From: a virus
Lineage: Duplodnaviria > Caudoviricetes
Reading direction: 5' to 3' (one strand)
Virus record (IMG/VR): IMGVR_UViG_3300025138_000180
Coordinates: 1-33,148 of that record
Length of the DNA stretch: 33,148 nt
Shown here: in pieces, positions 1 through 8,970 of the stretch
Numbering within the stretch: the stretch's first letter is position 1
Layout: the number at the start of each line of letters is the position of its first letter
The notes under the pieces: generated by a model
The model's database searches: none
Told to the model about the DNA's origin: nothing
Seen by the model: only the letters and a program-made list of their open reading frames with translations
Program-made: the position numbers and the translations under genes

Positions 1-546
1 AATAATGTTGTTATAACAGGAACTAACTTTGTATCTATTCCAACTGTTGATGCAATCTCAACAACAGGCGCTATTATAGTAGCTAATACTGTTGCTTTCA
101 CTAGTGCTACATCTATTACAGCTAACTTTACTTTACCAACAGACGGAACTTATTATATTCGTATAGAAAATAATGATGGTAATGCAGTAAGATCTTCTGC
201 TGCTTTACTTACCGTATCAGATGATCCTGTTTGGTCTACAGGGTCTGGTTCTCTTGGAACTATTGCAGGAAACTTTTCAGGTGCTGTAGCTACGGTTGCT
301 GCTACTGGAGACACTGTTACTTTTTCAGAAACAACAAATGTTTTAACAAATGGATCGCAAGCAAACTGCTCGCTAAACTCAAATACAGGTGCTATAACTA
401 CAAGTGATTTTGGTGGATCGTCTACGACTCCAACAACGTATAACTTTACTCTTCGTGCTACCGATGCACAAGGGCAAACAGCGGACCGTGCTTTTTCACT
501 AACATCAAGTTTTGCAATAACTACTTCAGGAAGGTTTGATCAATAA
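1..546 (+). CDS. 5'-truncated virion protein with IPT/TIG- and Ig-like beta-sandwich domains
   Basis: Frame 1 is open from base 1 to TAA at 544-546 (NNVVITGTNF...GTYYIRIENNDG...YNFTLRATDAQGQTADRAFSL); the stop overlaps the next ATG (TAATG). Not in the ORF track. Confidence 0.8.
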   Translation, partial: NNVVITGTNFVSIPTVDAISTTGAIIVANTVAFTSATSITANFTLPTDGTYYIRIENNDGNAVRSSAALLTVSDDPVWSTGSGSLGTIAGNFSGAVATVAATGDTVTFSETTNVLTNGSQANCSLNSNTGAITTSDFGGSSTTPTTYNFTLRATDAQGQTADRAFSLTSSFAITTSGRFDQ

Positions 547-1955
547 TGCCAACATATTGTTATAGACAAATAGGAACAGGAGATAAAAGAATAGGAACTT
601 TTAGCTTTTGGGTAAAACGAGGTAATACTAAAGTCGTTAGTGGTGGGCAACAATGGTTTTGGAATAACTATGGCCCAGGTTCATTTAGTGGTAGCACTGA
701 TTGGTTAGGTATGAGATTTACAAATGATAGTGAACTTGAAATTGTTACATGGGATGGTAATAATGGATTTATTAAAACAAATGCAAAATTTCGTGATTCT
801 TCTGCTTGGTATCACATTGTTGCTAGAATAGACACTACTCAATCAACCAACACAGATAGAATTAGATTATATGTAAATGGAGAACAAATTACTAGCGTAG
901 CTGGAGGAGCAACTTATCCTAGTCAAAATCACGATTATAATTGTTTAGGATCATCAGGTGCTTATCAATTAGTAGGAGCTAGAGCAACAGGTACAACAGC
1001 CAGTCCTACATATGGTGAAGGTTTTGATGGGTACATAACTCAAGCAATATATTGTCAAGGTCAATCTTTAGCTCCAACAAGTTTTGGGTCAACAAATGCA
1101 AATGGTATTTGGGTACCTAATAGTCAGCCTTCTGTTACATATGGATCTCAAGGATTTAAATTAGACTTTTCAAAAACAGGAACTACCGCTAATGCAAGTG
1201 GTTTTGGTGCGGACAGTTCTGGTAATGGTAATCACATGACTTCAGCAGGATTAGGTACAAATCCTAGTACAGCAGATACTTGTCAAAATAATTTTGTTAC
1301 TTGGAATCCTATAGCTAACAGCAGTTTCACCTCATTAAGTAAAGGTAATTTAGTAGCTACAGGAAATACAGCAAGTAATAATGGTAATTCTGATGCAACG
1401 CAAGCACCCCTAGGTGGTAAATGGTATTGGGAAGGAAAGTTTGTTACTGCTGCTTCTTCATCTTCTGGTAATTATCCAAACATAGGAGTGTACCCAGTTA
1501 ATTTAAGTAGACAACCAAAAGACGGAGGAGGCAATGCTGAATCAGGATTTTTTACTGGTGGATGTTCATATAAACCAGACGGTTCTAGATATAAAAATAA
1601 CAGTACTAGTAGTTATGGAGGAGCGTGGAGTACAAACGATATTATTGGCGTTGCTTTAGATATGGAAAATTTTGCTGTTTACTTTTCTAAAAATGGAACA
1701 TTTCAAGATTCAGGAAATCCAGCAAGTGGAGCTTCTAAAACTGGAGCCGCACAAACTTGGACTGCCGCAGAAGGTGCTTATGTACCAGCAGTTTCTTCTT
1801 ATAATAATTCAGTTATACAATTTAATTTTGGTAATTCACCTTTTACAATAGCTTCAGGTAATGCAGACCCAAATGGATATGGAAGCTTTGAATACGCACC
1901 ACCATCAGGGTATTATGCGTTATGTACTAAGAACCTAGCATTGTACGGAGGATAA
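546..1955 (+). CDS. Tail/receptor-binding protein with LamG/ConA-like and SPRY-like domains
   Basis: TFSFWVKR, WYHIVARIDTTQ, RLYVNG (LamG-like); GKWYWE, DIIGVALDM..VYFSKNG (SPRY-like). Confidence 0.8.
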   Translation: MPTYCYRQIGTGDKRIGTFSFWVKRGNTKVVSGGQQWFWNNYGPGSFSGSTDWLGMRFTNDSELEIVTWDGNNGFIKTNAKFRDSSAWYHIVARIDTTQSTNTDRIRLYVNGEQITSVAGGATYPSQNHDYNCLGSSGAYQLVGARATGTTASPTYGEGFDGYITQAIYCQGQSLAPTSFGSTNANGIWVPNSQPSVTYGSQGFKLDFSKTGTTANASGFGADSSGNGNHMTSAGLGTNPSTADTCQNNFVTWNPIANSSFTSLSKGNLVATGNTASNNGNSDATQAPLGGKWYWEGKFVTAASSSSGNYPNIGVYPVNLSRQPKDGGGNAESGFFTGGCSYKPDGSRYKNNSTSSYGGAWSTNDIIGVALDMENFAVYFSKNGTFQDSGNPASGASKTGAAQTWTAAEGAYVPAVSSYNNSVIQFNFGNSPFTIASGNADPNGYGSFEYAPPSGYYALCTKNLALYGG

Positions 1956-1956
1956 C

Positions 1957-3030
1957 ATGGCAGTATATACAACAATTAACGACCCATCAGCACATTTTCA
2001 AACAACCATATATACAGGGAATGCAACGAGTTCAACAAACATAAATAACACTGGTAATTCTAATCTACAACCAGATTTTGTTTGGATAAAAAATAGAACT
2101 GGAGGTAATGATTGGCACGATTTAACAGACACTACAAGAGGTGCAACAAAAAGTTTATTTTCAAATAATACAAATGCTCAAGGCACTGCTGCACAATCTT
2201 TACAAGCATTTTTGTCAAATGGAATTACTATCGGTAGTGATGCACAAGTTAATAGAAACAATGTACCATATGCATCTTGGCAATGGAAAGCAAACGGCGG
2301 AACTACTGTTACTAACACCGATGGAGCGACAAATGGATATAATACGACTGTTCAAGCAAATCAAACTGCTGGTTTTAGTATAGTAAAATTTAATGCACCT
2401 TTTGATCAAGGTAATGGAAGATACAATCTTGGTCACGGTTTAGGAGTAAAACCTGAATGTATTATAACAAAATGTTCTAGTGCTTCAGCTGACTGGTATA
2501 TTTATCACAAAGATATGGGTGGTAGTAATATATATTTACGATTAAATTTAGCAGATGCTACTTCCACTGCAGGTGCTAGATATACTTTTTATGAACCTGC
2601 TTTTACCAGTACAATTTTTAATATGGACTGGAATAACATTCTTTTACAGAACCAAGATTTTATATGTTACTGTTTTGCAGGTGTACAAGGCTACAGCAAG
2701 TTTGGTAAATATATAGGTAATGGTAGTACAGATGGAACATTTACTTATACAGGATTCAAGCCAGCTTTTATTATAGTTAAAAGAATTAATGATTCTCAAG
2801 ATTGGGTTTTGTGGGATCATAAAAGAGATGGATATAACCAAACTGATAAAAGCCTTACACCAAATGAACCTAGTGCAGAAGAAACTAGAAGTATTGATAT
2901 TTTATCAAATGGTTTTAAACAAAGACAAAATAATACTGCAACTAATGCTGATGGTTCAACATACGTATATCTGGCTTTCGCTTCAAATCCTTTTACGACC
3001 TCGGACGGCGTTCCCACAACAGCGAGATAG
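1957..3030 (+). CDS. Tail-fibre-like virion protein (marine phage family with PDFVWIKNR / HGLG.KP repeats)
   Basis: 357 aa with three related units (YTGN...PDFVWIK, HGLGVKPECIITK, TGFKPAFIIVK); GGAGG RBS upstream. Confidence 0.7.
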   Translation: MAVYTTINDPSAHFQTTIYTGNATSSTNINNTGNSNLQPDFVWIKNRTGGNDWHDLTDTTRGATKSLFSNNTNAQGTAAQSLQAFLSNGITIGSDAQVNRNNVPYASWQWKANGGTTVTNTDGATNGYNTTVQANQTAGFSIVKFNAPFDQGNGRYNLGHGLGVKPECIITKCSSASADWYIYHKDMGGSNIYLRLNLADATSTAGARYTFYEPAFTSTIFNMDWNNILLQNQDFICYCFAGVQGYSKFGKYIGNGSTDGTFTYTGFKPAFIIVKRINDSQDWVLWDHKRDGYNQTDKSLTPNEPSAEETRSIDILSNGFKQRQNNTATNADGSTYVYLAFASNPFTTSDGVPTTAR

Positions 3031-3033
3031 CGT

Positions 3034-3897
3034 ATGACGTTAGGGATCCTAGCATTTGCGGAAGGTCCGATATCGTCCCTTGGTAAACAAGATGCGGTAG
3101 CGGTTGTTACAGGACAAGACATTGGTAGTCTTACAACTGGAACAGTTGTTGCTTCATGGAATCAAACTATAGCCGTTAGTGGTAATCCCCTTAACATAGT
3201 ACAAGGAACTGAATCTGTAATTGCAGATACCATTGTTTCAGTATCTGGTGAAAATATAAATTCTACCGTTGCTAATGTAACTCTTAATATTATATCTAAT
3301 CCTATTGTTCAAGTATCAGGACAAGACATTGGTTCAATTTCACTTGGACCTTATGGGGTTACAGCAGGTGGTCAAGTTTCTATTGATGCTTCTTCCGAAC
3401 CAGACTTAGATATATTTATAAATGATGTATCTGTTACAGCTGATGCCAATGTATCTGTTACTGGTCAAAGTATTGGTGGTCTTACTACAGGAACATCTAC
3501 TGTTGACGCAGTAACCCTGGCCCCTGTCACAACTAACATTGTTCAAACATTTATATCTGATGTTACAGTAGAAGCTACTGGGGAAATTGAAGTTACCGGT
3601 CAAAGTATTGGCACTTTAACAACAGGAAATGTTTCTGTAGTAGCTAACTCAACAGCTTTACCAACCGGTAATATTATATCAAGTGCTTTAGCTAGTGTTA
3701 CTTTAATACAAGACTCTACTCCAGTTGTTACAGGATTACCAACTGCGATAGCTTTATCTAATTCTACTGCTGTTTTTGCATGGGCAGAAGTAGATGACTC
3801 AGAAACATCTACTTGGAATGAAGTAAATGATTCAGAAACTTCAACATGGACAGAGGTAGATGATTCTGATACAATAACCTGGCAGGACGCAGCATAG
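3034..3897 (+). CDS. Val/Thr/Ser-rich repetitive virion structural protein
   Basis: Recurring V(T/S)GQxIGxLTTG units and an acidic Trp-repeat C-terminus; lies in the tail module. Confidence 0.65.
   Translation: MTLGILAFAEGPISSLGKQDAVAVVTGQDIGSLTTGTVVASWNQTIAVSGNPLNIVQGTESVIADTIVSVSGENINSTVANVTLNIISNPIVQVSGQDIGSISLGPYGVTAGGQVSIDASSEPDLDIFINDVSVTADANVSVTGQSIGGLTTGTSTVDAVTLAPVTTNIVQTFISDVTVEATGEIEVTGQSIGTLTTGNVSVVANSTALPTGNIISSALASVTLIQDSTPVVTGLPTAIALSNSTAVFAWAEVDDSETSTWNEVNDSETSTWTEVDDSDTITWQDAA
3781..3882 (+). repeat. Three tandem 33-bp coding repeats (WxEVDDSETST)
   Basis: TGG codons at 3781, 3814, 3847 and 3880; WAEVDDSETST/WNEVNDSETST/WTEVDDSDTIT. Confidence 0.9.
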
Positions 3898-3904
3898 GAA
3901 AATT

Positions 3905-4621
3905 ATGGCATCAACTTATTCGGCATTATTAAATTTAGAACTTATAGGTTCAGGAGAGCAATCTAATGCTTGGGGTAATACTACTAATAACAATTTACAA
4001 TATGGATTAGAATTTTCTATTGCAGGAGTTTACACAAAGAATTTATCATCTGCTTCTAGTCCTTATGTATTAACATCGGCTCAAAGTATTAGTGCTACAC
4101 AAGCTGACAATGAATCAAGACAAGCAGCTATTATATTTACAGGACACACTTCAAATTTTATTATTCAATTTTTAGCTACTCAAAAAACTTATTTTTTAAG
4201 AAACAACAATTCTTCTTTTACTATTACTGCTAGATTAGGATCATCAGGTAATACTTATGTTATTCAACCTAGCACTAGTGTATTCTTAGCAACTGATGGA
4301 ACTAACTGGTTTGTTCTTCAAACATCAGGAACAGACTGGGTAACAAAAACAGGAAACTATACATCATTTCCTGGGGATAAAATTTTTGTTAATACTTCAT
4401 CTCAAGTAATTACAATTACTTTACCAGCTTCTCCAATATCAGGAGATGAAATTCGTATTATAGATTTAGCTAGTACTTTTGATACAAACAATTTAACTGT
4501 TGCAAGAAATGGTAATAAAATAAATGGACAAACAACAGATTTAACCGTAGCTACTGAAGATGCTGCATTTTCTTTAGTATATGCAGGAGCTACATATGGT
4601 TGGAAATTAACGGAGAAATAA
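3905..4621 (+). CDS. Tail/baseplate-associated structural protein
   Basis: MASTYS..L.LELI..GEQ..WG..TN.N N-terminus typical of tail-fibre anchors; C-terminal TITLPASP..GDEI.IID...F..NNLTVARNG..I.G resembles a T4 gp9/gp10-like domain. Confidence 0.7.
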   Translation: MASTYSALLNLELIGSGEQSNAWGNTTNNNLQYGLEFSIAGVYTKNLSSASSPYVLTSAQSISATQADNESRQAAIIFTGHTSNFIIQFLATQKTYFLRNNNSSFTITARLGSSGNTYVIQPSTSVFLATDGTNWFVLQTSGTDWVTKTGNYTSFPGDKIFVNTSSQVITITLPASPISGDEIRIIDLASTFDTNNLTVARNGNKINGQTTDLTVATEDAAFSLVYAGATYGWKLTEK

Positions 4622-4622
4622 T

Positions 4623-4874
4623 ATGCCTACTTATGAATCTATTAAATATAAATTTTCTGGAACTGGTATTGTTGGTGTTCTTCAAGAAGCAAGCAATCTT
4701 AGTGATGTTGCTGCGGCAGGGACATCAAGAACAAATTTAGGCGTTGCCATTGGTAGTGACGTACAAAGTTTTGTTTCTGCAACAGCAGGTACAAATGTTA
4801 ATGGAAACAGAACCGTAAGTGCATCTGGCCCAAGTGGTGGATCTGATGGAGATATTTGGTACAAATATACATAA
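4623..4874 (+). CDS. Short tail-fibre adaptor-like protein
   Basis: 83 aa with NLSDV...RTNLG and PSGGSDGDIWYKY motifs common in tail fibres. Confidence 0.65.
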   Translation: MPTYESIKYKFSGTGIVGVLQEASNLSDVAAAGTSRTNLGVAIGSDVQSFVSATAGTNVNGNRTVSASGPSGGSDGDIWYKYT

Positions 4875-4880
4875 TTTCTT

Positions 4881-5819
4881 ATGCCAATTTATGTTAAAGA
4901 TGGTGGTACTTTTCGTGAGATAAGCTCTAGTGCTGGCTCACAACTTTATGTGAGAGATGCTACTTCATTTACAAACAAAACAATTGTTAATACTTATATA
5001 AAAGACGGTGGTGTATGGAGAACAGTCTTTACTTTATTTGATACACCTACAAGTTTTACAGAAGCAGGTTCAGGTACAACAAATTTTGCTGTTCCTGCCA
5101 ATGCTAACGCTATTCACATACAGCAAGCAGTTGGTGGTGGAGGAGGATCTATGAATGGTCTTGGTTATGATAAAGGTCCTGACGGTGAACAAGGAGGACG
5201 TGGCGGAGGATCAGGAGGTTATATTTCTGATAAAGTATTTACAGTTACAGGAGGAGAAACTCTTACAGCAATTGTAGGAACAGGAGGAGCTAATGGTGCA
5301 AATTCTGGTTTTAATTACACCGGTGCAGCCAACCCAGGAACAGTAACAAGTTTAAGTGGATCAAGTACTAATGCAATATTTTCTTTAGCAGGAGGTGGAG
5401 GATCCTCATTTTCAGGAGGAGGTGTTCAAGGACCTACAGCTATTCAAACTTCTGGATCAGCAGGAACTGCTACAATAGGAACTTCATTATCTACAGGTAC
5501 TACAGTAGATGGTGATAACATTACAAGTTTTAATACCGGCCGTGCAGGAAGTTTTAACTCTGGAGGTAATGGTGCGGAAGGATTACCTTCAGGCGGACCT
5601 AGTAAACAGCCTTTATGTAATGGGGATAACTGTAATATTGCAGGCGCTGCGGGAGGTAACTCTTATAACGGAAATGTAGCTGGTGGAGCTGGTGGAGGCA
5701 GTGGTAGCACGGGAGGTGTAGGAAATTTTGGTTCTGGTGCTGGCGGTGGAGGAAAAGAAGCTGCTGGTAATACTGGTGGTGCTGGTGAAATGTTTTATAG
5801 ATTTTTGAGGATTGCATAA
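4881..5819 (+). CDS. Glycine-rich tail-fibre/tip protein
   Basis: N-terminal YVKDGG.. / YIKDGGVWR motifs; GGGGGS...GGGSGGY...VTGGETLT..VG.GG glycine-rich domain. Confidence 0.7.
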   Translation: MPIYVKDGGTFREISSSAGSQLYVRDATSFTNKTIVNTYIKDGGVWRTVFTLFDTPTSFTEAGSGTTNFAVPANANAIHIQQAVGGGGGSMNGLGYDKGPDGEQGGRGGGSGGYISDKVFTVTGGETLTAIVGTGGANGANSGFNYTGAANPGTVTSLSGSSTNAIFSLAGGGGSSFSGGGVQGPTAIQTSGSAGTATIGTSLSTGTTVDGDNITSFNTGRAGSFNSGGNGAEGLPSGGPSKQPLCNGDNCNIAGAAGGNSYNGNVAGGAGGGSGSTGGVGNFGSGAGGGGKEAAGNTGGAGEMFYRFLRIA

Positions 5820-7654
5820 TGCCACTTACAAAAATAGAATTTGCTCCAGGAATAGATAAACAAAACACTGAATATGGTGCAGAAGGTCGTTGGACTGATT
5901 CAGATTTAGTACGTTTTAGATATGGATTACCAGAAAAGATTGGTGGTTGGGTTAAATTAATTCAACAAACTTTAATAGGAGTTGTAAGAGACATGCATGC
6001 GTGGTCTGATCTTAATGGAGTAAGATACATGGCCCTTGGCACAGATAGAAAATTGTATGTTTATTCAGAAGGTGCAGCATATGATGTTACTCCTATTAGA
6101 AGAACAAGTGGAAGTTTAACTAACCCTTTTACAACTACTAGTGGTAGTGCAACTATTACTGTTACAGATAGTAGTCATGGAGGTTTATCAGGAGATTTTG
6201 TAAAATTTAGTGGAGCTACTGCTATAGCAGGTTTAGATATGAACAAAGAGTTTGAAATATCAACTTACATTAATGCTAATAGTTATACAATAACCTATAC
6301 AGGATCTACAGCAAATGCGTCTGCTACTGGTGGAGGTTCAAATGTTATAGCAAAATATGACATAAGTATTGGTTTATCAGAATCAGCTTATGGTTATGGA
6401 TGGGGAACAGGAGCTTGGAATACAGGAACATGGAACACACCTCGTTCAACATCTACTGTTAAAATTGATGGCAGACAATGGTCTTTTGATAATTTTGGTG
6501 AAGATTTGTTAGCTACAGTTAGTGAAGGCGGAACATTTAGATGGAACACTTCTGTTGGGTTTGGTACTCCAGCTGCTATAGTTACACAGGCTCCAACAAA
6601 CTCTAGATTTAATTTAGTATCCCCTGTTGATAGACATGTATTATTATTTGGTACTGAAACAATTATTGGAACTTCTTCTAGTGCAGATCCTTTATTCTTA
6701 CGTTTTTCTTCTCAAGAAGATTTTCAAACATGGGTTCCAACCGCAACAAACACAGCAGGATCATTTAGAATTCAAGATGGTTCTAAAATTATGGCAGCAG
6801 CAAGATCTAGGGGAGCAATATTAGTATGGACAGATACATCTTTACATGCACTACAATTTGTAGGACCACCTTTTACATTTTCATTAAATCAAGTAGGAGC
6901 CAACTGCGGAGCAGTATCAAATCATTGTGTTAAAGATGTTAATGGTATTACTTATTGGATGTCTCAAAATTCTTTCTATATGTTTGATGGTGCAGTTAAA
7001 AAATTACCTTGTAGTGTTCAAGATTATGTATTTGGGGATTTTAATATTACCACTCAACCAGAAACATTTTGCGGTCTTAATTCAGAAAAAAATGAAATAA
7101 CATGGTTTTATTGTAGTCTTAATGCTCAACAAATAGATAGGTATGTTACTCTTAATTATTTAGAAGGTTCTTGGTCTATAGGAAGTATGGCAAGAACAGC
7201 ATGGGTTGATTATGGAGTATATGAAAATCCTTATGCCACAGAATATTTTACTACAGCTACGGCTACAACTCCTAGTGTATTAGGATTAACTCCAGGAGCT
7301 TCTACATTTTATATACAAGAATCTGGATTTGATGCAGATGGCCAAGCAATGACAGCTTTTGTTACGTCAGGTGATTTTGATATACAAGATGGTCAACAGC
7401 TTTTACATATTGGTAGAGGTATACCTGATTTTCAAAACTTAGCAGGTTCGGTAGACGTATCTTTAACATTTAAAACTTATCCTTCTTCAAGTACATCTAT
7501 TGTTAAAACATCCACTGTATCGACAACTACAACTAAATTTGATATAAGAGGTCGAGGCAGACAAGGACAATTAAAAATAGAAAGTGATGCTATTGGAGAT
7601 AATTGGAGATTTGGAACTTTACGTCTTGATGTTCAACCAGATGGAGGTAGATAA
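5819..7654 (+). CDS. Tail stabilisation / nozzle-like protein (P22 gp10 / tubular protein B-like)
   Basis: 611 aa beta-rich; PGI.K..T.Y..EG.W.D...VRFR.G.PEKIGGW start and RGRQ...W..G..R.D..PDG.R end; precedes the ejection-protein genes. Confidence 0.7.
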   Translation: MPLTKIEFAPGIDKQNTEYGAEGRWTDSDLVRFRYGLPEKIGGWVKLIQQTLIGVVRDMHAWSDLNGVRYMALGTDRKLYVYSEGAAYDVTPIRRTSGSLTNPFTTTSGSATITVTDSSHGGLSGDFVKFSGATAIAGLDMNKEFEISTYINANSYTITYTGSTANASATGGGSNVIAKYDISIGLSESAYGYGWGTGAWNTGTWNTPRSTSTVKIDGRQWSFDNFGEDLLATVSEGGTFRWNTSVGFGTPAAIVTQAPTNSRFNLVSPVDRHVLLFGTETIIGTSSSADPLFLRFSSQEDFQTWVPTATNTAGSFRIQDGSKIMAAARSRGAILVWTDTSLHALQFVGPPFTFSLNQVGANCGAVSNHCVKDVNGITYWMSQNSFYMFDGAVKKLPCSVQDYVFGDFNITTQPETFCGLNSEKNEITWFYCSLNAQQIDRYVTLNYLEGSWSIGSMARTAWVDYGVYENPYATEYFTTATATTPSVLGLTPGASTFYIQESGFDADGQAMTAFVTSGDFDIQDGQQLLHIGRGIPDFQNLAGSVDVSLTFKTYPSSSTSIVKTSTVSTTTTKFDIRGRGRQGQLKIESDAIGDNWRFGTLRLDVQPDGGR

Positions 7655-7809
7655 TGAAAAAAGAATTAACACAAAGACAAAAAGATACTTTAAAAAAACA
7701 TAGCAAACATCATAGTACAAAGCATATGAATATGATGAAAAAAGCAATGAAAAACGGTAAAACTTTTAGTGAGTCACATAAAATAGCTCAGAAGAAAGTA
7801 GGAACTTAA
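7654..7809 (+). CDS. 51-aa Lys/His/Met-rich basic protein
   Basis: Hand-translated MKKELTQRQKDTLKKHSKHHSTKHMNMMKKAMKNGKTFSESHKIAQKKVGT; GGAGG RBS and TAATG overlaps at both ends. Below the ORF-track cutoff. Confidence 0.8.
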   Translation: MKKELTQRQKDTLKKHSKHHSTKHMNMMKKAMKNGKTFSESHKIAQKKVGT

Positions 7810-7976
7810 TGGCTAAAATATCTACAACAAGATTACCTAATGCAACTATAGAATATGATAGAACTCAGTTTGATGTTCTTATTAGATTACTAGAACAAAT
7901 GATAAATCAATTAAACTTTGGTTATCAAGAAGATTTAAAAGATACTTCTACAGCAAGGAGCTGGTTCATTGGCTGA
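7809..7976 (+). CDS. 55-aa hypothetical (probable virion) protein
   Basis: Hand-translated MAKISTTRLPNATIEYDRTQFDVLIRLLEQMINQLNFGYQEDLKDTSTARSWFIG; TAATG-coupled to the upstream gene. Confidence 0.75.
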   Translation: MAKISTTRLPNATIEYDRTQFDVLIRLLEQMINQLNFGYQEDLKDTSTARSWFIG

Positions 7977-8319
7977 TAAATTTTTAAGTTTTTCTAAAAC
8001 AGGTTCAGGCAGTTTACAATCTGTTTATACAGTTCCTGAAGGAAATGAAGGAGCAGTGCCTCCTGTTTTTCCTACTACAGCTTTAGTAAAAAGTATAAGA
8101 ATTTCTAATCCTACAGGAGGAGCGGTTACTACAACAGTACTTATGGTTGATAATAGTAATACTAATTTATCTATAAATTTATATAAAGATTCTCTTGCAG
8201 CAGAAGCTGCTCAAGAAGTATTATCTCAACCTATTGTATTAGAAAAACTTGATAAGATAAATATTACAGGAAACGGTGTAACTATTTTAGTAAGTTTAAT
8301 GGAGATTGCATTGTCATGA
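7969..8319 (+). CDS. Hypothetical beta-rich virion protein
   Basis: TTG start with AAGGAG RBS; VYTVP...TALVKSI.ISN...LE..D.I pattern. Confidence 0.7.
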   Translation: MADKFLSFSKTGSGSLQSVYTVPEGNEGAVPPVFPTTALVKSIRISNPTGGAVTTTVLMVDNSNTNLSINLYKDSLAAEAAQEVLSQPIVLEKLDKINITGNGVTILVSLMEIALS

Positions 8320-8573
8320 CATTTAAAAAAGTACAAGAATCTAAACAAATTGGTGTTCAAATTGTTAATGGTAAAGAAATACCTATATTACAACCTGAAG
8401 TTTTTATAGAAGTTAAAAACAAATTAACTGGTAAAGAATATAAATCACCTGAAGAAGCTAAAAAAGATGTAGCTGACCCTACTACAAATACTCAAGAAAA
8501 TCATATAGAACAAAACGTAGAAATTAAAGTTCAACAGTTGCCAGATTTTAGAGGCGAAGTAAAGTACGATTAA
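8316..8573 (+). CDS. Hypothetical protein
   Basis: 85 aa, ATGA overlap with upstream gene, GGAG RBS. Confidence 0.7.
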   Translation: MTFKKVQESKQIGVQIVNGKEIPILQPEVFIEVKNKLTGKEYKSPEEAKKDVADPTTNTQENHIEQNVEIKVQQLPDFRGEVKYD

Positions 8574-8758
8574 GCACCGCACATTTCGCATTCTTCTGGT
8601 TCATTAGACATTATTGTTTGTTCTGACTTTTCATTATGACATTTACAGCCTGTTAAATGTTTTTTAAATTCTCTTTCCACGCTAATAAGTCTGCTGTGGT
8701 AGTTGGCTAGTTTGTCTGCTAAAAATGCTATTGATGCAGATGCTTCTTCTTGTGTCAT
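8570..8758 (-). CDS. Small protein with CKCH and C-terminal ECEMCGA
   Basis: 62 aa, AAGGAG RBS and its own sigma70-like promoter. Confidence 0.75.
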   Translation of the reverse strand: MTQEEASASIAFLADKLANYHSRLISVEREFKKHLTGCKCHNEKSEQTIMSNEPEECEMCGA

Positions 8759-8793
8759 AATATCTCCTTATTTAAATTTTTGGGGTAAGAACC

Positions 8794-8822
8794 ACATTAC
8801 TTTTTTGAAATATTATTTGCAA
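8794..8822 (-). promoter_or_regulatory. Sigma70-like promoter for the 8758 gene
   Basis: Minus strand TTGCAA-17 nt-TAATGT; the -35 overlaps the 9-bp inverted repeat CAAGAAAAC-N10-GTTTTCTTG (8820-8847). Confidence 0.55.
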
Positions 8823-8850
8823 GAAAACTTTTAAAATTGTTTTCTTGACA

Positions 8851-8958
8851 TTATTTCTTTTTTAACAAATCGTGAATTTGTTGTCCTTGTACCCCTACCA
8901 TAAAGGCAATAAATATAACTACTAATAAAATTATTATAAGTAATACTAACTCTACCAT
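8851..8958 (-). CDS. Possible 35-aa single-pass membrane peptide
   Basis: MVELVLLIIILLVVIFIAFMVGVQGQQIHDLLKKK fills the gap between two minus-strand genes; no clear RBS. Confidence 0.45.
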   Translation of the reverse strand: MVELVLLIIILLVVIFIAFMVGVQGQQIHDLLKKK

Positions 8959-8970
8959 GATATTTTTTTA

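Noticed and set aside
546-5819. Diversity-generating retroelement targeting tail fibres
   Set aside because: No reverse transcriptase and no adenine-variant template/variable repeat pair noticed in the window.
2141-6824. Short alternative-frame or antisense ORFs within tail genes (2141, 2215, 2644, 2789, 2817, 3406, 4682, 5599, 5613, 6627)
   Set aside because: Nested in longer genes with recognisable motifs; no RBS or motif support.
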